In this document: piece by piece, positions 40,901-52,900 of the stretch | Numbering within the stretch: the first letter of the stretch is position 1 | Layout of the letters: every line of letters starts with the position of its first letter | Source of the DNA: Octopus bimaculoides | Taxonomy: Eukaryota | Assembly: GCF_001194135.2 (NCBI RefSeq) | Contig: NC_068982.1 | Span: 51,746,378 to 51,810,069 of the forward strand | DNA length: 63,692 bases | Direction: 5' to 3' | Position numbers and translations under genes: made by a program | The notes under the pieces: generated by a model | The model's database searches: none | The model's input: the letters and a program-made list of their open reading frames with translations, nothing else | Told to the model about the DNA's origin: nothing

Positions 40901-43900
40901 AACATTCATTACAACTAAACCAAAACTGTATAAACACTAAGTAGTAATTAGTGTCACAATGGAAATCTAATTAAATCTAAGTAGAATGCTAGATTAAACT
41001 TGATAATTAATGTGTAAAGTGACTGACTGCTTACAAGATCAGTTTACATTTTTGCCTCCTGTGGTTGGAAAATTAACAATCAGTACCATTTGCATGAAAC
41101 AAATTGAAGACCTGAAGTTGTAGCGCCTTGATCTCAGTGCCATGGGTTTGGAAAGTGTGGAATAACATCACCACCAGAGTCCATCATCTGACTAACCCAG
41201 TCTGGTTGCCAGACTTTCTATATGGATAGCATACAAAAATCCAACATGTACGTTACAACTGGCTTATATACAATTGATTTACAACTACAGAATCCTCAGT
41301 TTCTTAACATTCTATGTAATTTGTTTAGAACACAAAATATACTTATAGCTAATTCATTTATGTAATTACCAAAGAGCTGACTTTTAATATAGACAGTAAT
41401 CTATTGATGATTACAGAACTCAGAACCACACCCCAAGTCGAGATCTCACTTGAATCAAGGAAATAAGATTGAATAACATAATGAAGTCAGATGTGGTTGT
41501 ATGGTAAGTTTGCTTTCCAACCACATGGTTCCAGGAAAGTGTCTTCTATTAGAGCCTTACACCAACCAAATCCTTCTGAGTGCATTCAGTAAATGGAAAT
41601 TGAAAGAAGCTCATCATATATATATGTGTATGTGTGCCACTGTCTCCTTGCCTTGATACTGGAAACTAAAAGAAGCCTCTGTGTGTGTGCGTGCACGCAT
41701 GCATACATGCACATGCTTGTATGTGTTTGTTTACATCTGCACGTCTCTGGAAATCAGCAAGCTAGAAACAGTGATTTACCAACAACTTATCTTGGCTGAC
41801 TACATGAGATCATTTGGAAAACAGATAAGGGCAACAATACATTCATCTAACCCTTGCTAACATGCTTAAAACTGGGCATAAAAAATAAGCAGAACAAAAA
41901 TTCAAATTACCCCAAGGACTTCCAGAGAGCCCAAACAGACTACCCTCAATAATAATCATTTAAAAAAAAAAAAGTTAAGTAAAAAGATTATGCAATTTTG
42001 ATTTGATAAAAAGAAAAAGAAAAACTTACTTGAAGAGCTTTTTCTGGGTCATGCTTTGGTCCAAGAACAAACACTTTACATCCTTTTCTCACTGTACCAC
42101 TAAATATACGTGCAAAGGCAATAAATACATGCTCGGATTGAGGTTCTACGGCCCCATTTAAATCAGTGTCATTATTAACAGGATCACCAGCTAAAACAAA
42201 TAAATAAATAAATAAATAAAATACAGAAATGACATAAAAATATGGACATTATAATATTCTGATGCAAGCATGCTGAGAACTTTGCTTTCCAACTACGTGA
42301 TCCTGGGTCCAGGCTGACCAAAGTCTGTGAGTGGATCTGGTAAACAGAAACTGAAAGAAGCCTGTTGTATATGTGCAGGAATGTTGTTCACTGTGACTTT
42401 GAAGTCACTGTCAACAACATTCTTGTATAAGAAAAATAAATCCATACTCTACAAAAGTATAGAGCACTCTTGTATATGAAAAATAAATTCACTCTACAAA
42501 AGTATACAATAACCTATCAGACAAACGTAAAATTGTCTTTATTATAACTGAACATAAAAACAAACTATATATATATGCATATGTCTATGTGTCTTTCTGT
42601 TTGTCTCCCACAAGTTTGACAACTAGTGTTGGTTATGTCCCCATAACATCCAAGTTCAGCAAAAGAGACAGATAGAATAAGCACTAGGTCTTAAGAACTA
42701 AAACCTTTCAAGGCAGTGCCTCAGTATGGCTACAAATGATTCAAATAAGTAATAGATGACAGAACCACAAGGTTTCAGGTTCAGTCCCACTACTTGACAC
42801 TTTGGGCAAGTGCCTTCTACTAAAGACCATACACAAACAAAGCTTTGTGAATAGATATGGTAGATGTAAACTGGAAGATATCCATCTTGTGTGAGTGTGT
42901 GTGTACACATGTTATTGACTGTGTCTTTGCCTTAATATCACATGATAATTGTAAATATGAGGGTGAGTCAAAAAGTAATGCCATTTTGTTTAGGACAGGT
43001 ATAATTACCAACACAGGAACATGTATCATACATCAAAATGAAGCTGGTCTTCTGTGGATTACATCCCTACTTCTCAAAATAGTCACCTTCAAATGAGAAC
43101 ATGTATCTCAGCCCTGTAAAATTCTGTTGACTGTTCTTTGATTCACTTCTTCACTACAGTTTTCACTTCCTCGTCACTGAACTATCATCTCTTCGGCCCC
43201 ATGAAAGAGGGTTTGAGAGGCAAACATTATTCCAGTGATGAGGAAGTGAAAACTATTGTGAAGAAATGGCTCAAAGAACAGTCAACAGAATTTTACGGGG
43301 CAGGGATACATGCTCTCATTTGAAGGTGGAACATTGCTTTTGAGAGAAACGGTGACTGTGTTGAGAAGTAGGGATGTGATCCACAGAGGACCAGCTTCAT
43401 TTTGATGTATGATACAAGTTCCTGTGTTGGTAATTATACCTGTCCTAAGCAAAATGGCATTACTTTTTGACTCAACCTCGTAAGTACTCTGCCATGCAAG
43501 CCATGTCCTTCATTTCCAAACATCCATGAAAACACATCTAATCACAGGNNNNNNNNNNNNNNNNNNNNNNNNNNNNNNNNNNNNNNNNNNNNNNNNNNNN
43601 NNNNNNNNNNNNNNNNNNNNNNNNNNNNNNNNNNNNNNNNNNNNNNNNNNNNNTTTTATTGCCCCCAAAAGGATAAAAGGCAAAGTCGACTGTAGCAGAA
43701 TTTGAACCCAGAATGTGAAGACAGACGAAATGCCACTAAGCATTTTGCCCAGTGTGCTAACGATTCTGCCAGCTCGCCACCATAATCACAGGGTAATATT
43801 ATCTTACGAGGAAAAATGATGATGACAGGAAGAAAATCCGGCTCACCAAATTCCATCCAACCCATGCAAGCATGTAAAAGATGTTAAAATGATGACGACG

Positions 43901-46900
43901 ATGTTTTTCTCTTACTTCCAATGCTCACTTTTCTAAAATTGAACATAAATTTTAACTGCAATGTGAAATTGACCCAATAAAGTATGTAATGGATTAAACT
44001 GAAGTTTCTTTAAAATAAAATAAATGCTATCAGACTGACTTACATAAATTTTCTTTGGATTTTTGCTTGTCTTCTGCATTCTCAGTATTTTCTGTAGCTT
44101 TTGCAGCTAACCTTTCTGCCCTCTTTTGTAAAGCAATTCTTCTTTTCTCTTGCAAATCAGCTTCAGTCAAAGGCCTGAAAAATATACAGAAAATGTCAGA
44201 GTCAACATATTCAAACTGTACCAGTAAATATATTGTAGGAGTAAAAAAATTAGAAAAAAAACAAACGGTGGGGCGGCTCATTTTTTTTTCCTCACAATTA
44301 AAAATAGGCAGATATTGCCACTATCACTGACATTTAGTGTATTTTCACATATTTGTATGTGGGACTTAATGGGGAGAAAAGGTAGAAGTGTTACTTTATT
44401 CCAAAGAATTAAGGAGGAATTGCAGAACTAGTAAGTAACCAAATTGATATTCTTATGATCCCTTACATTTCATACCCTCTTGAGTTGATAAAATAAGCTA
44501 TCAGTAATGTACCAGAGAAGATACAAATGACTACAATCCTTTGTAACAAATAAGTGAGCTTGTGCCAAAGTAACTTTATTCTAAATGCTTTTCTATAAGT
44601 CTTAGATTATCTCATGTAGGTTTATTCTAAATGGTTTTCTATTCATGTATTGTAATTCTCCTCAGCTCATGTTACGGATATGCTCCAAATATTACAAGCA
44701 TTTTCATTTACAGAACATTTAATATAGTGAAATTGACACAAATATTTTCAGATTCCAAAAACATAAGTACCTTGCTTTATGCTGAGGAAGTGATTTTCTT
44801 TCAATTGCTACCATCTTTGAAACAAATATAATTACAGGAGCATCTTCTGATGAACTGCAAGCCAGAAAATCTAATAAATATGGAACAGAGTAAAATACTT
44901 AAGAAAATATTACAAACACAAAGAGACAAGAGTTAACTCATACAGAAAAAGAAGAAAAAAAAATGACAACAGTGCACTCTCACAATGGATCCAATAAGAA
45001 ACAATATTATTTTGTTAAGGAATAATTATTCTTCTATTCTAATGTGTTGTTTCAGAACTTGTTCTGTGCTTGCCAATTAACAAGGAAATGCCAGTGAAAC
45101 CATCATCATCATTTAACATCTGCTTTCCATGCTGTCAAAGGTTGAACAGTTTGACAGGAACTGGCAAGCTGAAGAGCTGCCCGTGTCTGTTTTGGCATGG
45201 TTTCCATGGCTGGATGCCCTTCCTAACACCAACCACTTTAGAGTGTACTGGGTGCTTTTACACAGCCCTGGCATGGCTGCATTTTATGTGGCACCAGCAC
45301 CCATGAGCCCTCAAAAGCAATCAACCATCAAAAGTATGGTTTTACTTGAAATAAATTCAAGAAGCCCACATTGCAAGAGCCAAAGCAATATCTGAACCAC
45401 ACAGTCGTTTTTCGAGAAAAATTTCAATACCTTTTATTCGTTTCCCATTTTATATCAGATTTTGACCAATGTTACTGAAGTGTGTATTTTCTATCACTCT
45501 AAGTTCCATTACTTTTATAATAAAGTTGTTATAGCTCAGAGGAAGAACAGAAGAATTTCAATATCTTCAAAGAAGATGAATTTTGAAAGACCTCTAGACT
45601 ATTCATAATGTTTGTAAGGCACTACATAATACCAAAACCAAAAGCTTTGGCACCATCTAGTGCCTTGAACAACTAAAGATAATTGTGATGATTTATTCAA
45701 TGGCAGAGCTAAAAGTCTCTCTGCTTATGCCATGAATGGATGACAAACTCGACTGTACAGAATATATGGGTAATTAATAAAAGAAAGACACCAAGTAGAC
45801 AATTTCCTGACAAGGCAGGTGAGAATAACAGAAGAGTTAAGTAACATTCCATGATTCCTTATTTAGAAAAAGAACAATTAAATGAAACAAGAAAGAATGA
45901 TGATAAAATCTCATACCATTTCTTAAATCTTGGCTCTTCTGTGGAAGTGATTCAAAACTACGCGAGTTGCTGGACATGAGTTTCTCAATGCGAGCTTTTG
46001 ACATATTTGTTGGAGCAGGGATTTTCTTGGCTACAATTGCTACAAAAAGAAAATATAAACATCAACACATTAAAAAAAGGTTCCATGTTAAAAATATATT
46101 TCATTTTTGGTTTGTTTGTTTTTGTACATGCTATTTCTCAAAGCAATATTTATAGACTTTATATGAGATAGAGAAAGTCTGTTCTGTTGCATGGTAAGAC
46201 TACTAAAGTAAAAGTATAACAAATAATGTTTGAAGTCATACAAAAAGAAATTTTTAATGTAGTAATAATAGCTATGATGATAATCTTATTAACTAGTGTC
46301 TACTAAATTATGGAGCTGCAGAGAGAATTGTATAGCAATTAACAGTATACAAAACTAGTTCAGGCACTTGAATTTACATAAATTAGTAAAATTTAGGAGA
46401 AATTATCAATTGACAATGTGCTGCTGCCTCGTTAAAAGTACTGGTACAAGTATCACATCAAAAAATAACCAGTACATTCTGTGGAGTGGTTGGAGCTAGG
46501 AAGGGCATCCAGCTGTAGAACCCATGCCAAAACAAACAACAGAGTCTAGTGTAGCCCCTGGCCTTGCCAGCTCTGGTCAAACCATCCAACCAGCATGGAA
46601 AACAGATATTAAACAATGATGATGATGATGATAAAAAGTAATCTATCACAAGAAATAAGAAGCTAGCATCAAATATATCTTTCCTTTTCATTACAGTAGC
46701 AATATTCTGTTGCAATATAAGATGTTATTTCATTTTGGAACCAAGTATCAAGAAAATAGAATGGCATCTTGCAACATAGTAATTGTCTGTCTGGTTAATG
46801 TATCATTTGTTATATATCTAAATGATGATGCATGTTGAACCGATTGGACCTTTACATTTCCATCCCTGTTAATACTATTGTTACTACAAAACTTGCACTA

Positions 46901-49900
46901 AGAGTAAGGTCAAAGTAAAATTACTACCAGCTTTTATAGCAAGTTGATGCAGGTAGTTTATCCTGTCACTCTCCAACTTTTAGTTCATGCAATTGAAAAA
47001 ATGGCATTATTTATGGGACGACTCAATATTTATAAAATGATAATCTTGTTATTCTGTTTATATAAAGCAACTTTAGAAGTACAGTAATTTATAGAAATTT
47101 CATTTTGAAATCTATTTATTTTTTGTTATTTTGCTGTCTGAATCCAAGAAGGCAAAACCCATAACACTGAAATAGTTACAGGAGCAACATATAACAGATT
47201 CAAAAAGAGGTAAAGAATAAAGTGATTAAGAGCTTACAAAGAACTGCATTTGAAAGAGGGAGCCATTGACTGCAAATAGCTTGTAAATGAACTTTAGGAT
47301 CAGACCGAGAGTCTCTTGCAGAAATTTTCAGATTTAATGAATTTACAATCTTTGCAATCATTTCTTTGTCTCTGAAGAGAAAAAATAGATAGAATATACT
47401 TCATTATTTAATTGAATGCCTGAAGATAAAAAAAAAANNNNNNNNNNNNNNNNNNNNNNNNNNNNNNNNNNNNNNNNNNNNNNNNNNNNNNNNNNNNNNN
47501 NNNNNNNNNNNNNNNNNNNNNNNNNNNNNNNNNNNNNNNNNNNNNNNNNNNNNNNNNNNNNNNNNNNNNNNATTCTTGTATCATATAGCTCAATGATAAT
47601 AATGGTAGACGAAACTTAGAAAATGTGTTAAACTTCAAGAAAGAAGACACTTGAATATGAAAATCTTTTCTCTTTTAGGAATATGGAATTTTATTTAAGA
47701 AACACTTAAACATTTGTACATTATTTTGTTCATGCTAACAGCTGCATAAAAAGCACCAAGTACACACTGTAAGGTGGTTGGCATAAGGAAGGCCATCCAG
47801 CCATAGAAACCATGCTAAAGCAGATATTAGAGCCTGTTCCAGTTTTTTGGTTTGCCAGCTCCTGTCAAACCATCCAACCCTTGCCAGCATGGAAAATAGA
47901 TGTTAAATGATGATGAGTTACGCATCTCTGAAAATTTGCACAAAGTGTGAATTAGTGCAGGATATTTTATCTAATATTGATTTCAAATTCTGGCACAAGG
48001 CCAACAATTTTGGGAAAGAAGTAAATCAATTACATTGACTCCAGTGTTGAACTGGTACTTATTTTTACGACCCCCTAAAGGATGAAATGCAAAGTTGACA
48101 TCAGTGGAATTTGAACTCAGAAAGTAAAGATAAACGAAAGCATTTTGCCTGGTATGCTAACAATTCTGCCAGCTTGCCTATGTTACTTTATCTAATATTA
48201 ATTACAATGAAGTGAATACGATATATACATACTTCAATATAATGACATATAAGTAGAATATAAAAATTAAAAGCAGGAGTGGCTGTGTGGTAAGTAGCTT
48301 GCTTACCAACCACATGGTTCCGGGTTCAGTCCCACTGCGTGGCACTTTGGGCAAGTGTCTTCTACTATAGCCTCGGGCCAACCAAAGCCTTCTGAGTGGA
48401 TTTGGTAGACGGAAACTGAAAGAAGACCGTCGTATATATATATGTATGTGTGTGTGTTTATGTGTCTGCGTTTGTTCCCCCAACATCGCTTGACAACCGA
48501 TACTGGTGAGTTTACATCCCCGTAACTTAGCGGTTCGGCAAAAGAGACCGATAGAATAAGTACTACTAGGCTTACAAAGAATAAGTCCTGGAGTCGATTT
48601 GCTCAACTAAAGGCGGTGCTCCAGCATGGCCACAGTCACATGACTGAAACAAGTAAAAGAGAGAGCAATAGCAAACTGTTAACTAAACCACATTCATTAG
48701 CACGAGTTGATAATATTACCCTCCACCCAAGCTGCTCTAAACATATCACTTGTGAAAGTTCACTGAAACACTTTCATTGTCAGAGTAATTGTAAATGCTT
48801 CACTAAGCATGAAAAATATTATGCGATTTATTAACAGGTAAAACTTACTTTTTAATCATTACAGCTTGATACACAGCCCAGATGTTGTCGAGGACAAACT
48901 GAACAAATAAGGGTTTTTTATTTTTAGCCTGAAGAAAAAAAAAACGCATTTTTATAAATTTTTACCAAACCAACAACTCTTTCATATAGAATCATATATA
49001 AAAAGAAAAAAAAAAGCCAAAATAGGAATCTATGATATTAAAACTTTGCTTAAGATATCAAAGCAACTAACGTTCACCTTTGTCCTTCACACTAACCTCT
49101 TGTTTTCGATCGAGATTTTATCCCAATTACCACATACATACACTCATAACATCAATTCCCATTCTCCTCCAACTACATGAGCGGATGCTGAAAAGTTCCT
49201 GGCATCGGATAAAAGAAAATACAGGAGAATCAGTTAATTATGATTTTTTATACGACATAGTCCTGTCTCAGATTCACACACTTTATCGCAGCAGTCCTTC
49301 AGGTTTTCTAAGTCTTGTAAAAGAACTCAGAAGATTGGGCCTTCAAGCAGGTCTTTCACAATACCCTTAAAGCCAGGAATTTTTCAGCACCCCTTCATAA
49401 ATATTAATAGTTAACAAATATGCACTATATCTTCTAGTGTTAAAAACATATTGTTTTGAATTAATAATACATTATCTCATAGCTTCAAGATTTAGATGTG
49501 ATTGTATGTTTTTAGAATGACATAGCAGGATAGGTGAGAGAGACTGGATCTGGCCAGTTGGAACATAAAACAAGGTAGATTATTTGGACCAGATACAGCC
49601 AGTTTAAATGCTGAACAACAATCACTTTCCATTGTTCTCATTCAATAAGCATCCCAAGTAGACATTGAAATCCCACCATTCCAATTTTGGATAAAAATAC
49701 TTATAAGAATAAAAAAGGATAGAAGGAATGAATAAAAAGAAAACACTCACTTGTGCGCCTTTCATTATTCTTTTGGCTTTTGAATTAAGATAATAGTTTC
49801 CCCACAGTGTCTTGTTTAGAGCTGCAGCACTGATACCTAGCTTCTCTGAATACATATTAACAAAGTGACTGATGCTAGAGAAAAGAGACAAAAAAATAAT

Positions 49901-52900
49901 CATAATAAATTTAACAGCCATACATATTTATATGCAGATACTTCGTATTGGGTTGTTGAATTAGCTATCAAGAAATAAAAATTAACTAATATTCTTTGGG
50001 AATGTTACTAACACGGAGTAAAATATGAAATTTAATAATAAAAAATATTTTGATGTCTTTTTTCAATGAGAGAGATAGTAAGAAACTCTAAGGAGAGCTG
50101 AACAGCAGAATTCTTCAGAGAAGAAGTCCCCCACCCTCATGCAAGTGTTTCAGCCTTTAACACTTTAAAGGGACTGGGCTGCATCCAGATCATGGCTCCT
50201 GGAAACCACTCAGCTGCAACCTTCTGTGCCACAGTCTGCATTGCAACCGTACTAGGTGGTTAAAGTACCCCACAAACAAGGTACCTTGGGTGTTGTAACG
50301 AGTTCAGTCAAAGACACAAGTTGAGTGTAGGGTAAATCATACTTTTTGAAATTCTATGAGTGAATGTTGAGAAAACTTACCTGAAACCCCAGCCATCCAA
50401 GGCACTAGCAAATATCACATTGCCTTGGTCTGGGGAAAAGTAGATGTTGGAGTCATCACCTTCCTCCTCTAATACCATGTTCAAGTCAGCTGACCAACTC
50501 TATAATGTATATAATGTATTCAAAAATAAAAAGAGAAATATGCGACAACCAAGTAGTTTTTGCAGTCAAATGAAAATTGCCATTGCTGCAGCTAACATTG
50601 TTTTAAATCAGCTTAAGGATAAAATGCTCAATTTAATTTCTTCCATCTCTTTATGTTCTGAGTTCAAATCCCACCGAGGTTAACATTGCCTTTCATCCTT
50701 ATGGGGTTGATAAAATTAAATACCAGAGAAGTACTAAGGTCAGTGATATTGACTACCGCCGCCCCTACAATTCTACCTCTGTGCCAAAAATTGAAACCAT
50801 TATTTTACATCTACTTTTTATGCTGGTTTAGGTTGGATAGGTCATCACAATCCAAGTAAATTCATATTTGGAGTCACTAACCTCTTAAATGGGTCAGAGG
50901 ACCTCATGTCATTTGTACAATATCATTTTTGGTTTAGTTTCAACCCCATTCTTAGAGGCACTACTTTACTGAAGCATTGGGTACATTTTATCATTGTACC
51001 AGCACTAAAGAGGTTGCCATGTTCTCAGCAACACTAAAAGGGTCCACTTGGCTAAGTTATCTCAGCTTGTTCACTAACCACTTTACAGAGTAGTTAGATC
51101 AATGGTTAGAAACCATTAAAATTAGTATTACCTTGATACAATTTTAGGCCTTTCATCTGTAAAACTTAGATTTCTAAAAATAATACAAGCTGTTACACTG
51201 TAGTAGAATGTTGACTAAATGTTTTGTGGTGTCTAATACCTCCTCTTACACCAAGTTCAAATCCTGCTAAGACTGATTTATTTTCCCTCCACCTGAATCT
51301 CTATTTAATTAAGTATTAATAATAAATTGAGTTGACTATAGCACTCACATAGATTTCATACCATTATTGGTTCCAGTCACTGGACTGTGACCATGCTGGC
51401 AATGCTTGATTGCATCAGACTCAGTACTAATCTTATCAGCCATGGAAGGATAAAAGGTAAATAGGTCTAGGTGGAATTTCAACTCAGAAAGTAAAAACAT
51501 AATCATGCACTTCAAGGTATTTTATCCAACACTTACTTTTTCTGCCAACTAACCATCATATATCCTTTACTTTTAGTTTATGTATTTCTTTGGCTTCATT
51601 TAAATATTTGAAATACTTTCCCCCTTATTTGCAGATATACTTCAACCCTACACCTAAAAATGGAAAATTTTGAAAGTATTATATTTACCTCCAAGTCTTC
51701 ACTTGCATTAGGTGGCATCTACAAAATTTTAAAATATGGTAGAAGTTATTTTCTCTTTCTTGTTTTCAGAAAATTTCCCTAACTTTTATTTAAAGCCAAT
51801 CCATTAAAAAAAAAGTTAATATTTATGACATTATTGGGAAGCTGTGAGACGTCTAGATCAAGCCAGTTTGTAAAACAGTTTGGGCTAGATATGGCTGGTT
51901 TAAATGCTAAAGGGTTAAATAAAAGGAGTCCTTAGTAGTGAAAAGATTGGAAACCAACGAATTACAGTTATTCTGTTCAAGAAAAACAGATCAATACTCT
52001 GTAATTAATTTAGTTATTGAAGCTTCATTAATAATTTCAGCTCTGTGTAAGCCAAACATATAGAATTTGAACAGCATTACAAGTTAAAGAAATTCACATT
52101 TACTAATACTAAAAGCACATGCTGTTGATGATTAACCCTAATTAGCTACAATTAGGTAGATTAATCTGGGATTCACACTCAACATGCAGCATATACTCTA
52201 ATCTGCAATTGGAGTGTGTCATGGATACTTATAGATATTTTACCTGCAGTAATAACAGAAGGCTATGTTATATTGCAGGGGGATGGTAACATTTGCATAA
52301 TGATTTCATTAAAGCATCAATGGCTGATATCTAGTAACCAATTTAGAAAATTTCAGAGGTATACTTGCCAAGCAAGTTATTTGATCTGAGATCGTGAGTC
52401 AAAACTATTTTGAAAACATTTTCTAAAATATTCAAACAAATGATATTTCATATAAGTATATATCAAAAAATAAACTGAACTAATATAAATATATTGAAGA
52501 CAATCTTAAATGCTAATTTCAAAATTAAAACACATTCTTAAAGTTTATAAAAATTACTTGCATTGGAACTTTTCTCCATCCATTCAGAAGTAAACAATTC
52601 ACTGGTTAAAACATTGATCTAGATAAAAAAAATAATAAGTTTCTTTAGAAGCAAAACCAAGAACAGAAATTTTCTAAATTGTTAATTGTATTCCCATAAA
52701 TAATTTTTGGATATTTTCAATTCCAAACAGTAATTACGCCTGTAGAGTGAATAACCGTCATGTCCCGTACGTGTCTTGTAGAATTTCCCTGGGGAACCGT
52801 TTGATGCAAAGAAAAACGATTGGGTTATTTCCCTTGGCTACGAAAATGAACGGGTTATTCCCCTTGGTTGTTAAAGGAATATATATATATATATATATAT

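Noticed and set aside
48273-48345. tRNA genes at SINE heads
   Set aside because: A- and B-box-like motifs are present but there is no cloverleaf, and each continues into SINE body sequence.
52244-52330. Possible extra EFL1 exon ending CAG|GTAAAA
   Set aside because: All three frames contain stops, the acceptor is weak, and it does not rescue the GT donor of exon 6. It could only be a poison exon, and nothing supports that.
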